A model generated the notes under the pieces. The model saw only the letters and a list, made by a program, of their open reading frames with translations, ran no database searches and was not told the DNA's origin. The position numbers were made by a program, and so were the translations under genes. 64,000 nt of DNA, from the NCBI GenBank assembly GCA_004764695.1, contig SMSO01000037.1, forward strand, positions 1,030,747 to 1,094,746, written 5' to 3'. Below are positions 35,101-45,019 of this stretch, in pieces. The stretch comes from Schizochytrium sp. TIO01. Lineage: Eukaryota > Protista > Bigyra: Labyrinthulomycetes. Position 1 is the stretch's first letter; every line of letters starts with the position of its first letter.

Positions 35101-38100
35101 CTTCATTTTGAAGTTCTTGAGAACATTATCCAGCAGATCTCTGTAATGTCCAACTTAAGCAGGTTAGAATTTCATGAAAATAAAGTGTTATATCACATCT
35201 ACTTGAACTGTGTCGTAATCCTCAAACTTACGCATTTGCATTCAAATTCCGGTTCCCGGCCGTGTCTTCAGTTTTTTTCAAATCCTCAGTTGTCTTATTA
35301 GAGCTATGAAAACTCCACAACCATGTGCAAAACCAAACCACAAAAACAATGCAGAAAGATACAACAAAGGAGACATACCGAAGTAAACAAGGAAACAGAT
35401 CTAGCTGAATTACCAAAGTTATGGCGCGTAAACTAGAAATGCCGATACACTGCATGCAAGTACCTAGTACCAAAACAAACCTAAAAACAAAGAATTGACC
35501 TGACGAAAGGGTCAAATTTAGAAACCAGAGAACCTGAGCAACAACTGCAGTCACACCTGTACGTACCCTAGTACATATTGTTGGCTGCTCAGCCACCTTT
35601 GAAACTGGGTACAACCTGTCAAGTATAAACGAAGAAGCACAAATACAACCAAAGAACTAGTTAGGAGCTCACCGTATAAAATAAATCAACGAAGAAATTG
35701 CTTTAGCTTCCATGGGACGAGATACAAGTTACTTGTGTTGAAGACATGAACTTACCACACTGTTGTAAGGTTCTTGCATTCTTTGAGAGCGATTGCCAGT
35801 GCCTGGGCATCTTCAGTACCAATGTTGTTAAAAGAAAGACTGTGTTGAGCAATATACAAAAAAACAAAATAAGAAAGCAAGAGCAACGTCAGTCATCTCA
35901 ACTGCCGCGTGGAATCGTCACAAGCACTTTTTGATTGCTTCTCCTGGTTGGTCTGTCCTGCTAGACGCATATATATTGCATTCTCACGATTCTTCTGCAA
36001 CCATCTTGATGTCGTCATTTCATATTGACGGGTCTTCTATGGGACTAGATGCAAGCTACTCGTATTGAATAAATGAACTTACTCCAATGTTGTGAGGTTC
36101 TTGCATTCTTGGAGGGCTCGTTCCAATGCCTGAGCACCTTGCGTGCCAATTTCGTTTCTCCGAAGACTGTATTGAGTAATATCAAAACGCGAAGAAAGCA
36201 AGAGCAAAGTCAGTCATCTCAACTGCCGAGTGGAATCGTCACAAGCACTTCATGATTGCTTCTTCTGGTTGGTGTGTCCTGCTAGACGCATATATTTTGC
36301 ATTCTCGCGATTCTTCTGCAACCATCTTGATGTCGTCATTTAATAATGACGGATCTTCTATGGGACTAGATGCAAGTTACTCATATTGACTAAATGAACT
36401 TACTTCAATGTTGTGAGGTTCTTGCATTCTTGGAGGGCCCGTGCCAATGCCTGGGCACCTTGCGTGCCAATGTTGTTCCAAGAAAGACTGTGTTTAACAA
36501 TATCAAAAATCCCAAAAAAGCAAGAGCAACGTCAGTCATCTCAACTGCCGAGTGGAATCGTCACAAGCACTTCATGATTGCTTCTTCTGGTTGGTGTGTC
36601 CTGCTAGACGCATATATTTTGCATTCTCGCGATTCTTCTGCAACCATCTTGATGTCGTCATTTCATATTGACGGATCTTCTATGGGACTAGATGCAAGTT
36701 ACTCGTATTGAATAAATGGACTTACTCCAATGTTGTGAGGTTCTTGCATTCTTGGAGGGTCCTTGCCAATGCCTGGGCACCTTGCGTGCCAATGTTGTTG
36801 TTCCAAAGACTGTGTTGAGCAATATCAAATCCCCAAGAAAGCAAGAGCAAAGTCAGTCATCTCAACTGCCGAGTGGAATCGCCACAAGCACTTTATGATT
36901 GCTTCTTCTGGTTGGTGTGTGCTGCTTGACGCTTGCATTTTGCATTCTCGCGATTCTTCTGCAACCATCTTGATGTCGTCATTTCATATTGACGGATCTT
37001 CCATGGGACTAGATGCAAGTTACTCGTATTGAATAAATGGACTTACTCCAATGTTGTGAGGTTCTTGCATTCTTGGAGGGTCCTTGCCAATGCCTGGGCA
37101 CCTTGCGTGCCAATGTAGTTGTTCCAAAGACTGTATTGAGCAATATCAAAAATCCCAAGAAAGCAAGAGCAAAGTCAGTCATCTCAACTGCCGAGTGGAA
37201 TCGCCACAAGCACTTTATGATTGCTTTTCTGGTTGGTGTGTCCTGCTTGACGCTATCATTTTGCATTCTCGCGATTCTTCTGCAACCATCTTGATGTCGT
37301 CATTTCATATTGACGGATCTTCTATGGGACTAGATGCAAGTTACTCGTATTGAATAAATGGACTTACTCCAATGTTGTGAGGTTCTTGCATTCTTGGAGG
37401 GCCCGTGCCAATGCCTGGGCACCTTGCGTGCCAATGTTGTTGTTCCAAAGACTGTGTTGAGCAATATCAAATTCCCCAAGAAACCAAAAGCGAAGTCAGT
37501 CATCTCAACTGCCGAGTGGAATTGTCACAAGCACTTTTTGATTGCTTCTCCTGGTTGGTCTGTCCTGCTAGACGCATATATATTGCATTCTCACGATTCT
37601 TCTGCAACCATCTTGATGTCGTCATTTCATATTGACGGGTCTTCTATGGGACTAGATGCAAGCTACTCGTATTGAATAAATGAACTTACTCCAATGTTGT
37701 GAGGTTCTTGCATTCTTGGAGGGTCCTTGCCAATGCCTGGGCACCTTGCGTGCCAATGTTGTTGCTAGAAAGACTGTATTGAGTAATATCAAAACGCGAA
37801 GAAAGCAAGAGCAAAGTCAGTCATCTCAACTGCCGAGTGGAATCGCCACAAGCACTTCATGATTGCTTCTTCTGGTTGGTGTGTCTTGCTAGACGCTTAT
37901 ATTTTGCATTCTCGCGATTCTTCTGCAGCCATCTTGATGTCGTCATTTCATATTGACGGATCTTCTATGGGGCTAGATGCTAGTTACTCGGATTGAATAA
38001 ATGGACTTACTCCAATGTTGTGAGGTTCTTACATTCTTGGAGGGTCCTTGCCAATGCCTGGGCACCTTGCGTGCCAATGTTGTTGCTAGAAAGACTGTAT

Positions 38101-38943
38101 TGAGTAATATCAAAACGCGAAGAAAGCAAGAGCAAAGTCAGTCATCTCAACTGCCGAGTGGAATCGCCACAAGCACTTCATGATTGCTTCTTCTGGTTGG
38201 TGTGTCTTGCTAGACGCATATATTTTGCATTCTCGCGATTCTTCTGCAACCATCCTGATGTCGTCATTTCATATTGACGGATCTTCTATGGGGCTAGATG
38301 CTAGTTACTCGTATTGAATAAATGGACTTACTCCAATGTTGTGAGGTTCTTGCATTCTTGGAGGGTCCTTGCCAATGCCTGGGCACCTTGCGTGCCAATG
38401 TTGTTGTTCAAAAGACTGTGTTGAGCAATATCAAATCCCCCAAGAAAGCAAGAGCAACGTCAGTCATCTCAACTGCCGAGTGGAATCGTCACAAGCACTT
38501 TATGATTGTTTCGTTTGTATGGGGTTTTTCGGCTAGACGTATATCGTGCTCTTTCACGACTTTGCCGAGATTATTTTGAATCTGTAATTTAATATCCACG
38601 GCTCTTTGATGTGATTTTTTTTTGCAATTAATTGATCTTGAATTTGTTATTCCTCCAATGTTTCCAGGAGGTTGCACCTTTTTAACGGATTTGCCGGTGT
38701 CCGAGTAGGCTCAAGACAAGCTGCTTGTTCGAGAGCTCTGTGAAACAAAGTACGGCAGGGGATACTGGAAAACAAAGCAAAATTGCTTCAGACTTTGTAT
38801 CTGTATCTCCCACTGGCATTGATGCGCTTGGGAACTTACCAAATTTCTGTGGTATCTGGATTGATATTCTCAATCCGACGAGCACTTTGTATTCTGCTAG
38901 GGGGGGGCGCAATGGCACGCTGGCTGGCCCTACCTTTTCTCAT
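32475..38943 (-). CDS. Spliced LRR-array / hydrophobic segment / Ser-Thr kinase / RBR-type E3 protein, ~1289 aa. Model exons: 38943-38840, nine LRR exons, 35615-35232, 35100-32475
   Basis: All 11 modelled introns are phase 2 and start GTAAGT. The joined length is 104+9x84+384+2626 = 3870 nt, in frame with no internal stop. The first exon ends ...DTTEI-C and continues into LLNNNIG, completing an LRR motif across the junction. The acceptor at 35101 is weak; 35074 is an alternative phase-2 acceptor. Confidence 0.7.
35232..35615 (-). CDS. 384-nt hydrophobic linker exon (phase 2-2)
   Basis: Polypyrimidine-TTGACAG acceptor at 35616-35617, perfect GTAAGT donor at 35231, and an open frame in phase with the LRR exons. 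It may contain internal introns. Confidence 0.55.
35756..35839 (-). CDS. LRR exon 9: LSFNNIGTEDAQALAIALKECKNLTTV
   Basis: 84 nt between CAG and GTAAGT; RI-type LRR. Confidence 0.88.
36083..36166 (-). CDS. LRR exon 8: LRRNEIGTQGAQALERALQECKNLTTL
   Basis: 84 nt between CAG and GTAAGT; RI-type LRR. Confidence 0.9.
36404..36487 (-). CDS. LRR exon 7: LSWNNIGTQGAQALARALQECKNLTTL
   Basis: 84 nt between CAG and GTAAGT; RI-type LRR. Confidence 0.9.
36726..36809 (-). CDS. LRR exon 6: LWNNNIGTQGAQALARTLQECKNLTTL
   Basis: 84 nt between CAG and GTAAGT; RI-type LRR. Confidence 0.9.
37047..37130 (-). CDS. LRR exon 5: LWNNYIGTQGAQALARTLQECKNLTTL
   Basis: 84 nt between CAG and GTAAGT; RI-type LRR. Confidence 0.9.
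37368..37451 (-). CDS. LRR exon 4: LWNNNIGTQGAQALARALQECKNLTTL
   Basis: 84 nt between CAG and GTAAGT; RI-type LRR. Confidence 0.9.
37690..37773 (-). CDS. LRR exon 3: LSSNNIGTQGAQALARTLQECKNLTTL
   Basis: 84 nt between CAG and GTAAGT; RI-type LRR. Confidence 0.9.
38011..38094 (-). CDS. LRR exon 2: LSSNNIGTQGAQALARTLQECKNLTTL
   Basis: 84 nt between CAG and GTAAGT; RI-type LRR. Confidence 0.9.
38332..38415 (-). CDS. LRR exon 1: LLNNNIGTQGAQALARTLQECKNLTTL
   Basis: 84 nt between CAG and GTAAGT; RI-type LRR. Confidence 0.9.
38840..38943 (-). CDS. Putative first coding exon of the LRR-kinase-RBR gene (MRKGRASQRAIAPPPSRIQSARRIENINPDTTEI)
   Basis: Ends TG|GTAAGT (phase 2) at 38840/38839. An upstream pyrimidine-rich CAG acceptor at 38972-38973 suggests a further 5' exon, possibly UTR. 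Confidence 0.65.
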
Positions 38944-40860
38944 TCTGCTTGAGTAATCCCTGACCAGGGCTCTGAACAAAAACGAAAAGTATCAAGTGCA
39001 GATGATAAAACCTTTGACTTGGCTCATAAATACGCACGTTTGCAAGTTGAGTGGTGGTGGATTGCCGTTATGGAGCGGTATGGCTGTCTAGTCAGGGTTT
39101 CGGGTTTGCTTGTAAATCTTCGGTGCAATTCTGTGATCTGGTCTGCCCATTCTAGTTGCCTTTTGATTTGTTGTTATTTAAAAGTTTTCTACTTCCGGCT
39201 TTACTATAATTGACTAATATCATTAGCTAGCATCAATAAATATTTCATGGAATGGTTATGAGCCTCTAGCTTTCCGGGTTCATGGTGATTGGCTAAAATT
39301 TCGCATGCCATAACAGAGTCTCTGCGGAGATGTCATGTAGTTGGCGGCTTAAAGGTTTCTATTCTGCCCATTAAGTATATGACGAAAATGCGACAGCTGA
39401 AAGCAGAGAGCCTCAGACTTGGCTACGGAAGCTTTCTATTTATTTTGGGATCACTTAAACTTTTATTATAACCCCATTGATCTCGGTAATATGAGAATGA
39501 AGCTATAATATGCACGTTTAGAGGGGGTATGAAACGTCTAATAGCTCTGGCTCCTGATATTGAGAGCGGCGAGATCCTTACTAGATTAATAACTACGTAT
39601 TGGGTGCCTATGAAAAGGCAGTATTTTTTTAATTCGAGGCCCACTCTTTATTAGACAAAGAGCCGAATCCAGGCATGAAGAAGGTTATAACTTAAGGAAC
39701 TTTACTGTCGTAATAATTTCTATGAATTGATGAACTAGAGAAACGTCAGAGCACTTTGATTGATAGCTCTGCAGCATGCAAAAATAAAGTATTCACGCGA
39801 CAAGGAGAAGAGGAAAACACTCAGGCAAGAATCTGGCTTAAGCCCAAGCTTGCAAATGAACTTCACCTGTAACACCGTCGAAAGAAGCCAGGGGAAATGC
39901 GCGCTTAGGTCAAAGCCGTTCCTTCCAAATTACGCGCTCTGCATCAGTCTACTGGAACAGCCATGAGGACGAATTTAAGTTCTAATCATGTGGAAGATTA
40001 CTTGCTTTTGCCCACTCATCATTGCGCGAGATAGAATATTATCGTATTTCAATACTCAAGACTCTCTTCCTCTCAAAGCAGAAGGTTGCAAGTACAAGAC
40101 ATGATTTGAGATATGGGGAAACTGCTTTGAAGGCTAGAAGTACTACATACGCTGCTCATCTCTTTCTATACTTCTATAACTTTAAATGAACTAGTCAGTG
40201 GTGATTTGCCGGACGTCTTTTCTTATCTCTTTTAGTTGATTATTACTTTCGCGGTGTTTTTTCTTTTGAAATCGAAGTTACAAAAGGCTTCCACATTTCC
40301 ACTTTTTTTTACTTCCTGTAATAAAGGTAGTTCTACTGCATATGAGCCGTATGCAAAAATACAAACGAGTGGCGCAGCGCAGTGAACTATGTAAAGAACA
40401 TTCAAAGTGGGACGAGTTGCTTAGACTATAAGTTTGAGGGTTTTGTTAACATAAATCCTTCTATCTACGCCTGAAGGTGGCCAAAGAGGCAATACTAGCT
40501 CCATTTGCTCCAAGTAGATACATGAAATAAGGGTGCATATGCGCGGCGTCTCATTCAGATAACATACATGAACTTTAAGATGGCAATGCATTAAATCCAT
40601 CGGAGGAAGATTTCTTGCTCCTACTGTCGTATTCTTTACTCCAAAAAGGTACGTGCTTCTTGCTGAGCTCCTTCTTGGACGACTTCCTATAATTTCAATA
40701 CCTTCTTTTGGTATTGCAAGTCATCAAATCAGTACAGAATCTTTAAAAGGGAAAGAATAAAATTTAGTAGAAAAGCACGTTTGCTAAGAGTACGTAGTTT
40801 CATGGAACCTCAAGCAGAATAACTTACATTTGCTGGGCTTAGGGGCTGCCAGAGACTGTG

Positions 40861-43800
40861 CTAGAAATGTGCGGGAACCTCTAGGTCTTGCTCTAATCTA
40901 TCCAGCGCCTGATTTTCATGCTGCGGCATTGGTCTCTGCGAAGAAGATGCATTCGAAGTGCAAGAAGCTGTAGACCAGGAGGATCTTGATTTGCTCGGCG
41001 GGGAGAGAGACGAAGTCTCCGAATTGATCTCACGAGTCTCGATGGTGGGCCTGCGGCGGCGATTTACTGGCTGGGCAAGCCGTGACCACTGGTCAGACTC
41101 GCCAGGAACAGCGCCAAGATTACCTAAGGCTTGTCGCATTGTCTGGTTAAGCGACTCGATCCGCTTATCCTTGCGCTTCATGAGTGCCTGAAGTTTGGAG
41201 TTCTGTACACGAAGCTCCGACAACTCGAACTTGACCTGCTTTAGATGCTGGATCTTCTGACGATGATTTTGATGGCCAGTCAGAGCAGCATTTTCAGTGG
41301 CAAGGCGGCTGAGTTCTTCGCGCGCCCTTTCTTGCTCAGCTTTTGTAAGAGCAAGTTCATTGCTGCGTGAGTCAAGATCTTCAGCTAGCAAGTTACTCTC
41401 AGCGAGTTTAATACGGTAGACGTGAACTTGTGTTTCCAGAGAGCTTTCCTTTGCAACGGCTGCATCCAACTGATCATGCAGGTCGTGCACCATCTGTTTA
41501 AGTCGTTGCACATGCTCATGATCAACCCTTGCAGCCTCATGTTCTAAGTTCTCCATTTGGGTCTCAAGATGCTCGATCACTTGTAGCTTTGCATGGAGCG
41601 TACCCTCAGCATCCTCACGAGCTGCTTTCTCTACTCGGAGAATCTCTACCATCTTCCCATGCTCCGTTTTCAATGCGTCGAGCTCATGGTTTGTCGAAAG
41701 CACTTCATGCATAGCTGCCTCAAGCTCACGCTTGAGCTCGGCGTGGGCATGCTCAAGTTGATCAAAGGCTGATGATTTACTTTCTAGATGTTGAGTGATT
41801 TGTAATCGGCAATTCTTTTCAACACAAAGATCATTTGTAATTGACTCTTGGGTTTTCTCAAGTGCTGAAAGCTGCTCGCGCAGTGATGTTTCCCGTTCTT
41901 TACATGCAGTAAGTTCTGCGTTCAACTCCAAATGGGTTTGGGATAGTGAGGTCAATGCACTAGCACTGTCTGATAAGTTAGAATTTGTTTTTTGATGTGC
42001 TTCGCGTTCGATTTGCAATTCCTGCTGCCAGTGAGGACTTTGCAGTTTGCAAGTCTGTCAACTTGTTTCGAAGATCTTGGCACAGTGCTGACGAGGCCTC
42101 CAGCTCTGACTTGAGTTGATTGAACCTGAGGGTCAATTCTGTCAAGTCCAATGTTTTCTTTTGAAGCTCTATTTGGGTTGTGATATTTGCCTCCTGTTCG
42201 GCCTGGAAGGCGACGGACACATCGTTGTGAGATTTTCGCACAGAGACGAGCTCATCTTGCATAGCACGTTTGTCGCCCTCAAGGGTTCGAATTGTTACTT
42301 CCAAGCTGTCTTGCCGCGATTTGAGTTCATTATGCTGCTGTAGAAGAGTGGTGAATTCACCCCTTTCTTGTGAAAGGTCATTCTCCAGCTGCAATGACAA
42401 GCTCTTGGAAGTAGCGATAGTTTCCTCATGCAAAGCAATCTGTTCAGAAAGTTCCGTGACTTTTGCCTCAAGGTTTGCACGAGCCTCAATAAGCTTCGAC
42501 TCTCTGACGTGTTGTTCTTCCATGGATGCTTTCAGACTATTTTCGTTCGCAAGACGCTGCATATCCAAATCTTCGAATTTGCTCTGAGATTCTTCTTGAA
42601 CACGCTTTGCTTCCGCCTTTGCAAGCTCAAGTTCTGACAAAGCGCTTTGAAGTTGGGATTGTGTCTCAGCCTGGCGATTCGCTTGGGCTGAATAGAGCTC
42701 ACAAAGGGAGGCTACAATCTGGTCTGCATCTTTATGATCAACGTCAGGGGAGAGCTCGAAACTTGAAGAGAGTCTGCTGAAGTGACCTTGCAGAGTGTCA
42801 CGCTCATTGGTAATTTGACACAATTCAATGTTTTTACTTTCAAGTTCAGTTTCCAAGGCTCCAAAGCGAGTACGGAGATTGGACAGTTCATCGCGAGCAC
42901 CATGCAGAGCATTGTTAAGCTCATATATTTGTGCAGTAGAACTAGAAGAAAGTTCATCAAGTTTCTGCTGGGAGGAAAGAGCCTTAGACTCCCATTCTTC
43001 CGCATTCTGCGCATGATTAGTTTTTTCGGTTGTGAGCTGTGAGATGCGGGCATTAAGGTCAGCTTGTAATTGCTCAGAGCTCTGCAGATGCTCTTGAAGG
43101 TCTTTATGCTTTTGTTCAAACTGCTCTCGTAATTCTTGCTCTTGCTCCAAGCGTTGTTGGACTTGGGATTCCAATTCACCGATACGTGATTTGAGTGCTA
43201 CGGATCGGTTCTCTGCCTCACTCAAAGCCTCTGCTTTTGTATTTGCATCCTCTCGCCAAAATTCAAGAGCTTTTTCTTGCTGCATCATATCAGCTTCTTT
43301 CGAGGCAAACTGATTATTCGCATCATCGAGCTGCTTCTGTGTACTTTCAAAGTTTGAGCGTGCTGCGTCTAAATCAGACAAGGCTGCATCAAGCTTACCC
43401 TTTGTTACATGCAAGCTGTGTTGTGAGTCTTGCAACTCAGAAGATAGTGTGTCGATCTTTTCTTCAAAAACAGTAGCAGCCTGATGCCTCCTTTCTTGTT
43501 CCTCTCGAATCTCATCCTTAAGCTCAATGCAAGTTTGCTCCAGAGCTCCAACTTCTTTTTCTGCGTTGATTTTGGCATCCTGCTCACGCAACAAGCTGTC
43601 TTCCAAGTCAACTTGCCTAATTTCAAGATCCCGGATTTGCTCTTCTGCGGTTCCAAGTTGAGCACGTAATGCATCCAGGGCATGTTCAGTCTCGGCTTTT
43701 TCTGTGCACAAGACTTCCATAGCCTCTCTGCAGTGGGATATATCTTCTTCAAGACAGGAGATTTGGCCTTGAGCATCAGCCAAGGCGTCACTCATTGAGA

Positions 43801-45019
43801 ACTCAGAGGTTTCCAGGGCATCGACAAGCTCAGCTTCGCGCTTTCTGAATTGCTCACGGAGGCTGATTGCCATTGCCTCGGCTTGTTCGAGCGCTTGGCT
43901 TGTTTTCCGCGAAGCACCAAGCAGCGCTACCTTTTCCTTCACGTTGCGTTGGCATGCGTCAGTGATGAGACGCATTTGCTCGAGAAGGGCGCGCGTTGAT
44001 TCAGTCTGCTCCTTCACTGTACGCTCAGAAGCTTGCAGTTTGGCTCGAAGATCATGAGCTTGCTTGCGCTTCTGGTCATAGGCAGACTGAGATGCGTCCA
44101 AAGATGACTGTACACGCAAAATTTCATCAGCACAAGTTCGATTTTCAATGATGAGGCCTTCGTTTTCTGTAGTGAGAAGCTCAATTTCCTCTTGCAGAGA
44201 TGCTATATAATCATTATCTGTCTCTGCACTTGCCCACATTGATTTATCTTCTTCCACAGGGTGTTGAAGAGCACAACTGCACTCAATAGCTTCCACAACT
44301 TGTTCGGACATGTCCCATTCGCCTTCGACAGCTGCATCCCGCTGATTTAATGCGGCCTTTTGAAGAAGGTTGTGCTGCTGGCGCAGTCTTGAAAGTTCGA
44401 TGGCTTTACAAATCCTTACCAGCTCCAGGTCGTAGGCACGTCTCTCAGCAATATCTTTGAATTTTTCCTCGCGCTCAAGATTTCTGAGGGCAGCAGCGGC
44501 GGCAGCACTGGCAGCAATTCCCCTGCGTGAGGTTTTCCGGAGCTGCTGCTGCAGACTGGGAACCTGACTGGCTAGCTTGGAGTTTTCAGCTAGCTCTGCC
44601 TCGAGCTGTCGCAACCGGCTTGATGAGTGTTTAAGATGTCTGGTCAAGTTGTCTTTCTCAGCCAGCAATGTGCGGAGGCGCTTACGAAGTCTTTCAGTTT
44701 CAGACTCAGCAGCTTGAGGTACATTAAATTCGACGGCGCGCTCGGGAGCTAAGCTTTGTCGACGGAAGCTGGGAGGGCGGGGTTTGCGAACACTTTGTGC
44801 ACCCGCCTCAGCATCAAGTTCCACGTTATAGGCACCAGGTCCAAGATTTTCTGCATCTTCGTCATTGAGGAATCGTGCTGTTCCACTGATAGTTAGGTTT
44901 TGATAGGCTTTGGATTTGAGAGCTTCTGCAGCTTTGTCTACATCATAGGCGCCAGGGCCGAGGCTGGGGTTCTTGCCCTTATCCTCCCAGAACCTTTGAA
45001 CCTTTGATTTACTAAACAT
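40861..45019 (-). CDS. HMMR: HMMR/RHAMM-like long coiled-coil protein, ~1385 aa, with a 1-nt frameshift near 42020-42030
   Basis: The N-terminus MFSKSKVQRF...PSLGPGAYDV resembles the HMMR start (MSFPKAPLKRF...PSPGAYDV). The C-terminal LTGHQNHRQKIQHLKQVKFELSELR matches the HMMR/KIF15 basic-zipper motif. Two overlapping ORFs join if one base is removed. Confidence 0.7.

Larger units (their letters stand above)
35700..38510. repeat. Tandem array of nine ~321-bp units (84-nt LRR exon + ~237-nt intron)
   Basis: Unit spacings are 327, 321, 322, 321, 321, 322, 321 and 321 bp; units are near-identical. Confidence 0.97.

Noticed and set aside
35756-38415. Diversity-generating retroelement, suggested by AAC-rich variable codons
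   Set aside because: There is no reverse transcriptase or template repeat in the window, and the differences (TGG/TCT/CGG/TTG) are not restricted to adenines.
35700-38510. Array as a CRISPR locus or non-coding satellite
   Set aside because: Units are 321 bp with no unique spacers and there are no cas genes. Conserved splice signals and exact 84-nt LRR coding explain the structure.
35746-38579. Plus-strand repeated ORFs (MNLLQCCEVLAFLEG...)
   Set aside because: These are antisense shadows of the LRR exons. Indels in the intron part shift their frames from unit to unit, while the minus-strand exon length never changes.
39480-39660. Peptide GGMKRLIALAPDIESGEIL resembling a Tc1/IS630 DDE segment
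   Set aside because: Too short, with no supporting catalytic motifs or TIRs.
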